A stretch of 64,000 bases of DNA, from NCBI GenBank assembly GCA_963664435.2, contig CAXXKM010000001.1:896001-960000 (forward strand), read 5' to 3'. The notes under the pieces are model-generated. The model made no database searches. It was not told the DNA's origin and saw only the letters and a program-made list of their open reading frames with translations. The translations under genes were made by a program, and so were the position numbers. This document shows, one piece after another, positions 53,578 to 63,953 of this stretch. Source of the DNA: Longimicrobiales bacterium. GTDB taxonomy: Bacteria > Gemmatimonadota > Gemmatimonadetes > Longimicrobiales > Gaopeijiaceae. Every line of letters starts with the position of its first letter. Position 1 is the stretch's first letter.

Positions 53578-54551
53578 CAGTTCATCTCCTCAAGCAACTC
53601 CACGTTGCGCAAACCCTCGCGCGCGTCCACCGCCGGGCGGCGCCCGTTGCGTACCGCGGCGGCGAAGTCCGCCAGCTCGCCCACGTAGGGGTTCTGGACG
53701 ACGTAGGGCACCATTCCCGCCTTGGTAAAGACCGTGCCGGCGCCCCGCGGCCCCAGGGTGTGGTTGGCGATGACGTATCCCTGGTCGCCGTAGACCTCCA
53801 CGCGCGAGGGCGACTCGAACTGCACCGAGGAGCAGAACTCCGCGGTGGCTCCCGACTCGAAGGTCACCGCCACCAGGGCGGTCTCGTCACGCGGCCCGCC
53901 CCACACCGCGTTGCTGGTAACAGCCCGCACCTCCACGACCTCGCCGCAGCCCGGCACCATGAACCACCGGATCATGTCGAGGCAGTGGGTGCCCACCCCG
54001 GCCAGGCTCCACCAGCGCCCCACATCCGACCCGGCGCGCCAGTTTGAGTCGTCGGGGGCCGGCCAGGTCCACTGCACCCGCATGTGCCGGAGCGCCCCGA
54101 GCGCCCCGCCGCGGATGAGCCGCTCCATGGCGCGGTGGCCTCCGTGCCAGCGCAGGTGGTACGCGACCCCCACGGTGACGCCGGCGGCCTCGGCGGCCTC
54201 CACCACGCGCCGCCCATCGGCCGAAGAGGTCACCATCGGCTTCTCCACGAAGACGTGCTTCCCCGCCGCGATGGCCGCGAGCGCCTGCTCGGCGTGAAGC
54301 GCGTCCGGCGTGGCGATCAGCACGGCGTCGAGCCCCGGATCGGCCAGCATTTCGTCCAGGCGGTCGTAGCCCGGCCGCGGCGCCCTCGCCCGATGGCGTC
54401 GCGCGAAGCCGCTCGCCCGCCCGCGGTTCCGGCTCAGCACGCTCCACAGTCGAAGCCCCGAGGCCGAGGCAAGGGCCGGGGCCAGCTGGGTCTCGGAGAT
54501 GCGTCCGGTCCCCAGCAGCGCCACGCTGAGGGGCTTCGGCTTCATGCCCAC
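53577..54551 (-). CDS. Gfo/Idh/MocA family oxidoreductase
   Basis: 'GTGRIS', 'IATPDALH', 'GKHVFVEKP' and 'GTHCLD'. Confidence 0.9.
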   Translation of the reverse strand: MGMKPKPLSVALLGTGRISETQLAPALASASGLRLWSVLSRNRGRASGFARRHRARAPRPGYDRLDEMLADPGLDAVLIATPDALHAEQALAAIAAGKHVFVEKPMVTSSADGRRVVEAAEAAGVTVGVAYHLRWHGGHRAMERLIRGGALGALRHMRVQWTWPAPDDSNWRAGSDVGRWWSLAGVGTHCLDMIRWFMVPGCGEVVEVRAVTSNAVWGGPRDETALVAVTFESGATAEFCSSVQFESPSRVEVYGDQGYVIANHTLGPRGAGTVFTKAGMVPYVVQNPYVGELADFAAAVRNGRRPAVDAREGLRNVELLEEMN

Positions 54552-54552
54552 G

Positions 54553-55731
54553 TCAGCGGACCGCCATCATCTGAATCTCCACGCCCAGGCGCCCCACCAG
54601 CGGCAGGCCCGCCACGGTCGGCTCCGGAGCCCCCTCGGGCATCACTTCGCCCAGCACCTCCAGCACCGCTTCCGCGTCGCGCACGTCCGTGAGGTACACC
54701 CAGACGTTGGCCACGTTGGAAAAATCCAGCTCGGCAGCTGCCAATGTCGCATTCAACCTGTCCAGTGTGTTGCGTGTCTCCGCCGGAATGTCCTCCCCCG
54801 CCGCCAGCATCCCCGACAGCCACAGCCGCTCGCCCGTATCGATCGCCGGCGAAAGCGGCGCGCGCCCCGGACCCTGACCCGCGGGACGGACCACCGCACG
54901 GGCATCGGAACTCTCGGCAACGCACTGGATTTCGACGAGGAAGTCGGAATTCATGAGCCCGCCGCGCACCGCTGCCCGCGCCGGCGGATCGTCCGCGGTG
55001 ACGAACTCGCGGTAGGCCTCGTTCATGTCGCCCCACAGGCGCACGTCGTCGAGGAAAACCTGACAGCTGACGAGATCCCCGTAGTCCATGCCCGCCGACT
55101 CGAGGATCATCCCGATGTTGCCGAACACGCGACGGGTCTGCGTCTGCACGTCGCCCCGCACCGGCTGGTAGGTGTCGGGGTCGCGGCTCGTCGCGCCCGC
55201 CACGAAGAGAACGTCGCCCGCCCGGATCCCCCACGAGTAGGGCAGCGCCGGGGACTGCAGCCCGGAGGGAGAAATCACCTCGGTGTCGTCCGGCGTAGCC
55301 ACCGCCGAGATCTGAATCAGCGCGTCCACGTCGGGCAGGTCGGCCTCCACGGTGGCGCGCGTGGGCGCATTCTCCGCGAAATAGGTGCGATAGACGCCGT
55401 TCATCCCCTGGAAATGACGGGTGTCCCGGAGGAACACGTTGACGGCGACGACGTCCTCGTAACCGAGCCCGTGCCCGGCGAGTTCCGCCCCCAGCGCATC
55501 CAGCGTGGCCGTGGTCTGCTCCTCGATCGTGGTGAGCGCGCCGGCTCCGTCCGAGGTCCCGGTGATGTTGGACAGGAACACCAGCTCCGGCGCCTGCGCG
55601 GAGGCTGCAGGCGCGCACGAGAGCGCGAGCGGAAGGGCCAGCATGACGAGTGCGGGGGTGGCGGCGCGTCCGGCGCGGCCATGCCGTCCCGCACTCCGGA
55701 CATCGAGGAAACGCGAAGGGAGCAAGTTCAT
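54553..55731 (-). CDS. Exported protein with three tandem RidA/YjgF domains
   Basis: Three YjgF units ending 'LIQISAVA', 'LVEIQCVA' and 'GVEIQMMA'; lipobox-like 'LALSC'; GGAGG RBS. Confidence 0.85.
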   Translation of the reverse strand: MNLLPSRFLDVRSAGRHGRAGRAATPALVMLALPLALSCAPAASAQAPELVFLSNITGTSDGAGALTTIEEQTTATLDALGAELAGHGLGYEDVVAVNVFLRDTRHFQGMNGVYRTYFAENAPTRATVEADLPDVDALIQISAVATPDDTEVISPSGLQSPALPYSWGIRAGDVLFVAGATSRDPDTYQPVRGDVQTQTRRVFGNIGMILESAGMDYGDLVSCQVFLDDVRLWGDMNEAYREFVTADDPPARAAVRGGLMNSDFLVEIQCVAESSDARAVVRPAGQGPGRAPLSPAIDTGERLWLSGMLAAGEDIPAETRNTLDRLNATLAAAELDFSNVANVWVYLTDVRDAEAVLEVLGEVMPEGAPEPTVAGLPLVGRLGVEIQMMAVR

Positions 55732-56002
55732 GAGGTGACCTCCGGATGGGCGATGGAAGGCTCGCAATCCTGATGGTAGCCGCGCCGGGCGCGCGCGCAA
55801 AGGGAACCGGATGAAGTCGTCGCAATCGCCCATGAATGCGCCCATCGGCCCGTCGGCTTGACTTGATCCGGCCCGCCCCCTACATCCAACCCACATCACC
55901 GCCGGGACCTTCCGGGATGGCCATCCACGCCCCCCGGCACGCCTTCGTTTTCCCGACGAGGCACGGTGCCAGGCGGCACTGTCGCGGAGGATCGGCGCGC
56001 GC

Positions 56003-57373
56003 ATGGCAGACTCGACGACGCAGGATCAGGGCATCGCGGCACGCCTCCTCAACATGGAGCGCGGCGAACTCCCGCTCGCCGTGCTCTCCGCGATCTTCTT
56101 CTTCTTCGTGCTCTGCGGGTACTTCTTCCTGCGGCCCGTGCGCGAAGCCATGGGTGTCGCCCGCGGAATGGACGAGCTGCGCTGGCTCTTCGCAGTCACC
56201 TCGGTGATCTCGCTGTTCGCCGTGCTGGCCTTCGGCGGGGTGGTGGCGCGCATGAACCGGCGCCGCTTCATCCCCGTGGCCTTCCTCTTCGTGATCGCCT
56301 GCCTGTTCGTCTTCTCCGGGCTGATCATCCAGGATGTGCGGGCCGGCGGCGGGCTCATCGGCACCGATGCCGAAACCGCCCTCGCGCGCGGCGTGGGCTA
56401 CACCTTCTACGTGTGGCTGACGGTGATCAACCTCTTCACCACAAGCCTCTTCTGGTCCTTCATGGTCGATATCTTCGACGTGGACCAGGGGAAGAGGATG
56501 TTCGCCTTCATCGGGATCGGCGGCACCCTCGGGGCGCTGGCCGGGGCCGAGGCCACGAGCATCATCAGCGGCATGACCGAGTCGTCGTACCTGCCCGCCG
56601 GGCTCATGCTGATCGCGTGCGGATGCTACGCCGTGGCGATCGCGACGGTGCTCTCGCTGGATCGGATGGCCCTGCGCTCGCGCGCGTCCCGCCTGGAGGC
56701 GCTGCCGAAGGGGCGCCGCGACGCCGCCGGGGCCGACGGAAGCAGCAGGATCGGGGGCACCTTCTGGGAGGGCGCCAAGGCGGTGGTGGCTTCACCGTAC
56801 CTGCTGGGGGTCGGGCTCTGGGTGGTCCTCATGGCCATCTCGAGCACCATGATCTACTTCACCCAGGCCAACATCATCCAGCAGGCCACCGACACCTTCA
56901 GCCAGCGGGTGGAGAGCTTCGCCAACTTCGACTTCCTGGCCCAGTTCGCGACCCTCCTGACCCAGATCTTCATCACGACGCGCATCATCAGGAAGCTGGG
57001 CGTGGGATGGACGCTCGCGATCCTGCCGCTGGTGACCGTCGCCGGGTTCGCGGTGCTGGCGGTGTGGCCCCTCTATGGGGTGATGCTGATCTTCCAGGCG
57101 GTGCACCGGGCGACCCGCTACGCCATCTCGCGGCCCTCGCGGGAGACGCTCTTCAGCGTCGTCACGCCCTCCGAAAAGTACAAGGCGAAGCCCGTGGTCG
57201 ACGTGTTCCTGTACCGCGCCGGGGATGCCACCGGGGCCGGGATCGACGCCACCTTCGCCGCCCTCGGCATGACGCTGGCGCTGGTGGCCGCGTCGACGGT
57301 GCCGCTGGCGGGCATCTGGATCGCGCTCTCGATCGGGCTCGGACGCGCGCAGGCCAAACGGGTCGCCGAGTAG
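56003..57373 (+). CDS. MFS transporter of the Npt/TLC (ATP:ADP antiporter-like) group
   Basis: 'YFFLRPVRE', 'FWSFMVDIF..QGKRMF' and 'RPSRETLF...EKYKAKPVVD'. Confidence 0.85.
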   Translation: MADSTTQDQGIAARLLNMERGELPLAVLSAIFFFFVLCGYFFLRPVREAMGVARGMDELRWLFAVTSVISLFAVLAFGGVVARMNRRRFIPVAFLFVIACLFVFSGLIIQDVRAGGGLIGTDAETALARGVGYTFYVWLTVINLFTTSLFWSFMVDIFDVDQGKRMFAFIGIGGTLGALAGAEATSIISGMTESSYLPAGLMLIACGCYAVAIATVLSLDRMALRSRASRLEALPKGRRDAAGADGSSRIGGTFWEGAKAVVASPYLLGVGLWVVLMAISSTMIYFTQANIIQQATDTFSQRVESFANFDFLAQFATLLTQIFITTRIIRKLGVGWTLAILPLVTVAGFAVLAVWPLYGVMLIFQAVHRATRYAISRPSRETLFSVVTPSEKYKAKPVVDVFLYRAGDATGAGIDATFAALGMTLALVAASTVPLAGIWIALSIGLGRAQAKRVAE

Positions 57374-57408
57374 ACGAGGTCGGGCCGAAGAGCCGACGCG
57401 TACGGGTA

Positions 57409-57457
57409 GGAGACGCGGAGAGCCGGCGAGGAGACGGATCGGAGACGCGGAGAGCCG
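57409..57457 (+). repeat. 17-bp direct repeat in a convergent intergenic region
   Basis: GGAGACGCGGAGAGCCG at 57409-57425 and 57441-57457. Confidence 0.7.
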
Positions 57458-57490
57458 CGAGGATCCGGGCCGATCGCCCGGGGCCCTCGG

Positions 57491-58549
57491 CTACCGATGC
57501 AGGCCGAAGAAGACCTTGCCCGCGACCTTTCGGAACAGGCTCCGGGTGAGGAGGCCTGCTTCCAGGGCACGCGCCACCGGCAGGCGGTCGTAACCCCAGC
57601 GCGCGGCGTGCTTCCAGGTCAGCCGGGGATACGCGCGCCGGACCACCGGACCGGGATGTGCGCCGCCCGCCAAGTGGTCCGCGATGGCGTCCCCGGCGAT
57701 CTTGCCGAACCGCCAGGCGTGGTGGATGCCCCCGGCCGTGAGCGGTGATACCATGCCGGCGGAGTCCCCGATGAGCATCACTCGTTCCCCGTAGAAGTTG
57801 CGAAGCAGACCGCCGAAGGGAATCACACCGCCCCGCTTCTCCACCACCCTTCGCCCGGACAGCGCGAAGAGGGGATCGAGCTTCGCGACGAACCCGGGCA
57901 GGTCGGCCTGCCGGTCGCGGTGCAGCGCCAGCCCGACCTGCGTCGTCGCCACCCCCGGCACCACCCAGCCGATGTAGCCGGGGGCGTACTCGGGATCGAT
58001 GAAGCAGTGCAGGCAGTCGGCAACGCCGTCCAGAGGTTCGAATTCCCATTCGACCCCCTTCAGGAGACGGCGGTTGCGGTCGAGGCCGAAGCTCTCGGCC
58101 ACTCCGGAGCGCGCGCCATCGGCGCCCACGAGGAAGCGACAGGTGACGTCGGAGCCCTGAAGCAGCAGGGAGGATCTCTCCGGAACCGCGCCCCGATACC
58201 TCTCGCCGAACCGGATCTCAACGCCCGCACTGTGCGCCTCGCGCGCCAGGTGGCGCATGAGCCGGGCGGTATCGGTGGCCATGAAGAAGTAGCCGTCCCG
58301 CTCCAGGTCGATGTAGTCGTGGGCGGGCGTGTAGACCCTGACGCGGTCGATTCTGCGAACCAGCCGGGCCGGCACCCTCCACTCGACCCACGCTTCGTGC
58401 ACGAGGATGCCGGTGGTGTGGATGCGCCTGCCGGGTTCGGACTGCCGTTCCAGAACCAGGACGGAGAGGCCGCGCCGGGCCGCCTGGCGCGCACAGGCGA
58501 GACCGGCAAAGCCGGCCCCGGCCACCACCACATCGTATTTCTCCGGCAA
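57491..58549 (-). CDS. FAD-dependent oxidoreductase, geranylgeranyl-reductase-like
   Basis: 'DVVVAGAGFAG', 'VGADG' and 'IGDSAGMVSPLTAGGI'. TTG start inferred from the GGAGAGG RBS. Confidence 0.85.
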   Translation of the reverse strand: MPEKYDVVVAGAGFAGLACARQAARRGLSVLVLERQSEPGRRIHTTGILVHEAWVEWRVPARLVRRIDRVRVYTPAHDYIDLERDGYFFMATDTARLMRHLAREAHSAGVEIRFGERYRGAVPERSSLLLQGSDVTCRFLVGADGARSGVAESFGLDRNRRLLKGVEWEFEPLDGVADCLHCFIDPEYAPGYIGWVVPGVATTQVGLALHRDRQADLPGFVAKLDPLFALSGRRVVEKRGGVIPFGGLLRNFYGERVMLIGDSAGMVSPLTAGGIHHAWRFGKIAGDAIADHLAGGAHPGPVVRRAYPRLTWKHAARWGYDRLPVARALEAGLLTRSLFRKVAGKVFFGLHR

Positions 58550-58763
58550 GCCACCTCTCCCCTTGCGTGGAACGCTGACCGAACACCGCATCCCGGCGCC
58601 CGGCGCGACCCCGATCCTGGAGGGCCGTCGCGACACCGCCACAGAAGATATGTCACGGAGGGTGCGGGGTTCCTGAAACGGCTTGCGGGGACCTCGCCGC
58701 GTGAGCCACCTTCACGCGCATCCGTCCTCCCGCCTCCCCGGCGCTCGTTCCCAGGAGCCAGCC

Positions 58764-61301
58764 ATGAACGCGCACAGCCGCTCTCGATCATCGACTTCGA
58801 CACTGGTGGCCGGTCTGATTCTGACGCCCATCTGTCTGATATCGCCGCTCATCGCCCAGGATGCCGGCGACGCCCTCGACATCGACCGGGGATACATCCT
58901 CCCCGACCAGGTCATCCAGGACCTCTTCGCCACCGATCCGAACTTCGCCACCCTGGACCACGTCAGCCCCGACGGCGACCACTTCGTCGTTCCGCTCTCG
59001 ACCGAGCTGTCGACGCTGGAGGAGGTGGGGGAGGAAACCCTGCGTCTGGCCATGCTCGAACTCCGGGCTGCCACCGACCGGCCCTGGCACCTCGACATCT
59101 ACGGCCTCTACGGGTTCCGCTTCTATTCGCTGAGCGAGCGGTCGTTCACGGATGTGGAGCTGCCCGACGGGATCTACGTGAGCGACCTGATGTGGTCTCC
59201 CGACGGCGCGCGGCTGGCCTTCCTGGCGCACCTGGAGGAACGGACCGAAGTCTGGATCGCGTCGGCCGGGGACGGCAGCGTGACCGTGGCGGGCGACGCG
59301 CGCGTGATCGCCACCCTGGCCACCTCGTCGCGCGGGCAGGGATCGGCGCCGTCCCGGATGCTGCAGTGGACGCCCGCGGGCTCGGTCATCACCCTGGCGG
59401 AGCCGGCCGATCGTGGCAGCCGGCCGCCCGCGCCCGTCCTCCCCGCCGGGCCCACCATCCGGCACACGCGCGCGTCCGCCACGCCGACGCGCACGATGCC
59501 CTTCCTGCTCGAGGGCGACCACGACTCCGACCTGTTCGAGTACTACACGCGCAGCCAGATCGTCGAGCTGGCGCCCGGCCGGCCTCCCCGCCCCATCGGG
59601 GACGCCGGGATGTACGAATCGGTCTCGCTCAGCCCCGACGGACGCCACCTGATCGCAACCCGCATCGAGCGGCCCTTCTCCTTCATCGCCAGCTACACCG
59701 GCTTCCCGCGCGTGACGGAGGTGCTGGACGCGGAGAGCGGCGACGTGCTGGCGACCCTCGAGGAGCGCGAGTTGCGGGAGGGCCGGGGCGGCGGGACAGG
59801 CAGCGGCCCGCGCGACTGGCAGTGGCGCCCGGACGGGAGCGGTGTCGCGTATCTGCATCGCGCCGCCCCCGGCGATGAGGACGACTCGGACGCGCCGCGC
59901 CCCGACCGCATCATGCTGCTGCGCGCGCCCTTCGGCGACGGCGACGAGGTAGAGGTGGCCTCGAGCGACGATCCCATCAGCGAGGTGACCTACTCGCTGG
60001 ACGGCAGCCACGCCTTCGCCGCCGTGCGGCGGGACGGAGAGAATGCGCTCGCCCACTTCGCGCTGGACGATGGTGCCCAACGCAACATCATCGTGCCCTT
60101 CCACGACCCCGCCGACCTGGTCTCGCTCCCCGGCGACCTGCTCACCGCCCGCACCGCCAACGGGCTCGACCATGCATGGGTCTCCTCCGACGGCGAGAGC
60201 GCGTATCTGCGCGGCGGGGGACTCAAGGAGGACTTCCGCCCGCAACCCTTCGTCGACCGCGTCTCCCTCTCCGACGGATCCACCGAGCGGCTCTTCGAGG
60301 GCTCGCGCGACAGCTTCGACCAGCCCCTGGTACCGCTGGACCCCGACCTCGAGCGCATGGTCGTGAGCCGCGAGGGCAGGAACACCTTCCCGGACAGCCA
60401 TCTCTGGACGGCGGGCGGGGAGATGGAGAATCTGACCCGCAACGTGGACCCCTTCCCCCAGCTCACCGCCGCGCGCCGCATCGACTTCGAGTTCACGCGC
60501 CGGGACGGACTCGAAGTCCAGGGGCGGGTCTCGCTCCCCATCGACTATGTCGAGGGCGCGAGGGTGCCGGCCATCTTCTGGACCTATCCCCGCGAATACA
60601 GGAGCGAACAGGCCTTCACCAACGCCACCATCCGCTCACGCAATCACAACGCGTACACCCGCCTGACCTGGCTCCGCTGGTCGGACATCTGGCTGACGCA
60701 GGGATACGCGCTCGTCTATCCGGACATTCCCATCGTCGGCGCGAACTATAACGACTACTATATTTCAAATATGGTCGACGGGATGTACGCCGCAATTCGC
60801 GCGGTCGATGGCCTCGGCGTGATCGACATGGACCGAATCGGGCACGGAGGCCACAGCTACGGCGCCTTCGCGACCGCCAACTTCCTGGCCCACACCCCCT
60901 TCTTCAAGGCGGGCATCGCGGGGGACGGCGCCTACAACCGCTCGCTCACGCCCATGGGCTTCCAGGCGGAGCCGCGCGACATTTGGGAGGCGCCCCATGT
61001 CTACATGGAGATGTCCCCCTTCTTCAAGGCGGACCAGATCAACACGCCGCTGCTCCTCTACCACGGGGCCGACGACAACAACTCGGGCACCTATCCCATC
61101 CAGTCGAGGCGGATGATCCAGGCGCTCACCGGGCTGGGGAAGACGGCCGCGCTCTTCGAGTACCCCTTCGAGTCGCACACGCCGCGCGCGATCGAAAACA
61201 ACCTTGACATGTGGGCGCGCTGGGTAGGCTGGTTCGACATGTACGTGAAGGGCGAAGGAGCGGATACGCGGCCAGTGTCGGAGGGGGGCTCGAGCCGCTA
61301 G
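58764..61301 (+). CDS. S9 family peptidase (glutamyl endopeptidase-like)
   Basis: 'WTYPREY', 'GGHSYGAF', 'GAYNRSLTP.GFQ.E', 'DDNNSGT' and 'ESH'; AGGAG RBS. Confidence 0.9.
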   Translation: MNAHSRSRSSTSTLVAGLILTPICLISPLIAQDAGDALDIDRGYILPDQVIQDLFATDPNFATLDHVSPDGDHFVVPLSTELSTLEEVGEETLRLAMLELRAATDRPWHLDIYGLYGFRFYSLSERSFTDVELPDGIYVSDLMWSPDGARLAFLAHLEERTEVWIASAGDGSVTVAGDARVIATLATSSRGQGSAPSRMLQWTPAGSVITLAEPADRGSRPPAPVLPAGPTIRHTRASATPTRTMPFLLEGDHDSDLFEYYTRSQIVELAPGRPPRPIGDAGMYESVSLSPDGRHLIATRIERPFSFIASYTGFPRVTEVLDAESGDVLATLEERELREGRGGGTGSGPRDWQWRPDGSGVAYLHRAAPGDEDDSDAPRPDRIMLLRAPFGDGDEVEVASSDDPISEVTYSLDGSHAFAAVRRDGENALAHFALDDGAQRNIIVPFHDPADLVSLPGDLLTARTANGLDHAWVSSDGESAYLRGGGLKEDFRPQPFVDRVSLSDGSTERLFEGSRDSFDQPLVPLDPDLERMVVSREGRNTFPDSHLWTAGGEMENLTRNVDPFPQLTAARRIDFEFTRRDGLEVQGRVSLPIDYVEGARVPAIFWTYPREYRSEQAFTNATIRSRNHNAYTRLTWLRWSDIWLTQGYALVYPDIPIVGANYNDYYISNMVDGMYAAIRAVDGLGVIDMDRIGHGGHSYGAFATANFLAHTPFFKAGIAGDGAYNRSLTPMGFQAEPRDIWEAPHVYMEMSPFFKADQINTPLLLYHGADDNNSGTYPIQSRRMIQALTGLGKTAALFEYPFESHTPRAIENNLDMWARWVGWFDMYVKGEGADTRPVSEGGSSR

Positions 61302-61328
61302 GGGCTTCAGGGGAGGAGGAGAAACGGC

Positions 61329-63080
61329 ATGGCATCGCACGAAGGCGGGTCCGCGTCGACGGTTCGCTACGAGCCCGACGAGAGGCCGCCCTGGCCGTTG
61401 GCGGTCGGGCTCGCGCTCCAGTACAGCGTCCTCGCCCTCGGAGGGGTCGTCCTGACCGTCGCCATCGTGCTTCGGAGCGCCCAGAGCAGCGACGCCTACC
61501 TCGCCTGGGGCGCGTTCGGAGCGCTCATGGTAAGCGGGCTGACCAGCATCGTCCAGGTGGTCCGGATGGGGCGCCTGGGGTCGGGTTACGTGCTCATCAT
61601 GGGCACCTCCGGCGCCTTCATCGCCGTATCCGTGGCCGCGCTCGTCCAGGGGGGCCCTGCCCTGCTCACGACGCTTGTGATCGCGTCGTCGATCTTCCAG
61701 TTCCTGCTCGCGGGGCGTCTGTCGATTCTGCGCCGGATCATTACGCCGACGGTCGCCGGAACCGTGATCATGCTGATCGCGGTCAACGTGATGCCCTTCC
61801 TCTTCGATTTTCAGGACAACGCGCCGCCCGGCGCCTCGCCGTTCGCTGCACCCGTCACCGTTCTCACCACGCTCGGCGTGACCCTGGCGGTGATGCTCAA
61901 GTTCACGGGACCAGTACGCCTCTGGGGCCCGATCATCGGCATTGCGGCCGGGTGCGCGGCCGCCTCCTGGTTCGATCTGATCGATACCACCAGCCTCGCG
62001 CAAGCCGCATGGGTCGGCGTGCCGGCGGCCGGCTGGCCGGGCCTGGGCTTCGATTTCGGCGCCGCCTTCTGGGCAATCCTGCCCGCCTATACCTTCGTCA
62101 CCCTCGTGGGCGCGATCGAGACCGTGGGCGACGCTGTGGCGATCCAGCGGGTCTCGTGGCGGGAACCGCAGGCCACGGACTACCGCGCGGTCCAGGGAGC
62201 GGTCGCCGCCGACGGCCTCGGCAACCTGCTCTCGGGACTCTTCGCCACGGTCCCCAACACGACCTATTCGAGCAGCGTCTCCATCGTCGAGATCACGGGC
62301 ATCGCCGCGCGCCGGGTCGGCCTCTGCATCGGCCTGGCCTTCTGCGCGCTGGCCTTTCTTCCGAAGCTGACGGCTCTGCTGCTCATCATTCCCGATCCCG
62401 TGATCGGCGCCTACGCCATGGTGATCATCGCCGTGCTCTTCGTGCTCGGGACACGGATCGTCATCCAGGACGGCATGGACTATCGCAAGGCCACGATCGT
62501 GGGCGTCTCGTTCTGGATCGGGGTCGGATGTCAGAGCGGCGAGATCTCGACGGCGGCGCTGAACCCCTTCCTGCAGCAACTGCTCGGCAACGGCATGACG
62601 TCCGGAGGCCTGACGGCGCTCGTGCTGACGGCGTTCATGGAGCTGACCGGGCCGAGGCGGGTGCGCATGCAGACGACGCTCGATGTGCAGTCGCTGCCGA
62701 AGATCCAGGAGTTCCTGGAGAGCTTCGCCAGCCGCAAGCGACTGGGGGCCGGGACCGGGCTGCGGCTGGGGCTCGCCGCCGAGGAGACGCTGCTGCTGCT
62801 CATCGAGCAAGGCGAGGGCGAGGCGTCGGGGCAACGCCGACTGCGCCTGACCGCGCGCACCGATTCGGGTGGTGTGGAGATGGAGTTCCTGGCCGCCAGC
62901 GGCGAGGGCAACATCGAGGATCGCATGGCCGTGCTCGGCGGGCGCGCCGCCGAGGAGCCCGGGGAACACGAGATCTCGCTCCGACTCCTGCGCCACCTCG
63001 CCACATCGGTCCATCACCACAAGTACCAGGACGCCGACATCGTGACGGTGCGGGTCGATCCGGCCCCGGCCGGAGCGTAG
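61329..63080 (+). CDS. NCS2 (xanthine/uracil) permease with a C-terminal degenerate HATPase_c/RsbW-like domain
   Basis: 'YEPDERPP...ALQ', 'IETVGD', 'ADGLGN' and 'PNTTYSSS..EITG.AAR', followed by a soluble tail of about 140 aa. Confidence 0.85.
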   Translation: MASHEGGSASTVRYEPDERPPWPLAVGLALQYSVLALGGVVLTVAIVLRSAQSSDAYLAWGAFGALMVSGLTSIVQVVRMGRLGSGYVLIMGTSGAFIAVSVAALVQGGPALLTTLVIASSIFQFLLAGRLSILRRIITPTVAGTVIMLIAVNVMPFLFDFQDNAPPGASPFAAPVTVLTTLGVTLAVMLKFTGPVRLWGPIIGIAAGCAAASWFDLIDTTSLAQAAWVGVPAAGWPGLGFDFGAAFWAILPAYTFVTLVGAIETVGDAVAIQRVSWREPQATDYRAVQGAVAADGLGNLLSGLFATVPNTTYSSSVSIVEITGIAARRVGLCIGLAFCALAFLPKLTALLLIIPDPVIGAYAMVIIAVLFVLGTRIVIQDGMDYRKATIVGVSFWIGVGCQSGEISTAALNPFLQQLLGNGMTSGGLTALVLTAFMELTGPRRVRMQTTLDVQSLPKIQEFLESFASRKRLGAGTGLRLGLAAEETLLLLIEQGEGEASGQRRLRLTARTDSGGVEMEFLAASGEGNIEDRMAVLGGRAAEEPGEHEISLRLLRHLATSVHHHKYQDADIVTVRVDPAPAGA

Positions 63081-63113
63081 TCCGACCTCGGGGCGGGTGG
63101 GGACGGTGCCCCC

Positions 63114-63953
63114 TCAGCGCATCCTGATGGCCGCCCCGACGCCCGCGAAGAGGTCCTCGGCGGCATCGTTCAGGCCGACGCCGATCCGGAAATCCCATTG
63201 CGCATCGTCGGTCGTGAGCCAGGTGACGCCCGCGTTGAAGTAGTGCTCTCCGGGGGCATCCGCGCCGCCGGGCAGAAACGCGTACCATTCGCCGTACACG
63301 CCGCCGCGCGCTCCCAGGCCGGCTCCCGCGACCGCGGACTGCGCCCACTCGGCGTAGCTGTCGTCGCCCTCCGCGACGGCCAGGTTGACCTGCGTGCTCC
63401 CCCCCAGGGAGAGTCCGCCAGCCACATCCCAGCCGTAGATCAGGTTCACACCCGGCAGCGCGCGTCCGCCGGAGAACAGCGTGCTGCCCGTGGGGAGGGT
63501 CATTTGCGGCAGGAGCGCGAGCGCCGGACGCCGACCCGCCTGCCGGGTGAGCTCGAGCTTGGCACCCAGGTAGAGGTCCTCGATCCCGGTTTCGCTGGCT
63601 CCGCTCCCGTCGGAGTCGACGCGGGTCACCGGGGTGGCCGCCAGCCGGAGTTCCAGCCAGTCCGCGGCAAAACCGACGCGCACCAGCAGTTCGCCCAGCG
63701 TATGCGTCTGCACCGAATTGCCGCCGGACCAGTCTCCGCCGAACGTGTACCCGAACTCGATCTGAAGAACCCCGTGGCCCACGGTGGATGCCGCTTCCGT
63801 GAAGTCCGGCCGGTCGGCGGCCAGGGAACGGAGCGCCGGGGTGGGAGCCGGCGCCCGGGCCGGCTCCTGTGCGCATCCGTCCGCCGGATGCCCGAGCATC
63901 GCACCAACCGCCAGGGCGGCGGGCAGTACAACGGGAACCAGTCGAGTCGTCAT
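63114..63953 (-). CDS. Outer-membrane beta-barrel transporter (Phenol_MetA_deg-like)
   Basis: 'DRPDFTE..STVG.GVLQIE.GY', 'GIEDLYLGAK' and 'LPTG'; signal peptide. Confidence 0.85.
   Translation of the reverse strand: MTTRLVPVVLPAALAVGAMLGHPADGCAQEPARAPAPTPALRSLAADRPDFTEAASTVGHGVLQIEFGYTFGGDWSGGNSVQTHTLGELLVRVGFAADWLELRLAATPVTRVDSDGSGASETGIEDLYLGAKLELTRQAGRRPALALLPQMTLPTGSTLFSGGRALPGVNLIYGWDVAGGLSLGGSTQVNLAVAEGDDSYAEWAQSAVAGAGLGARGGVYGEWYAFLPGGADAPGEHYFNAGVTWLTTDDAQWDFRIGVGLNDAAEDLFAGVGAAIRMR

Noticed and set aside
57409..57457. Possible mini-CRISPR or mobile-element end
   Set aside because: Only two 17-bp copies, 15 nt apart, with no associated cas or transposase gene.
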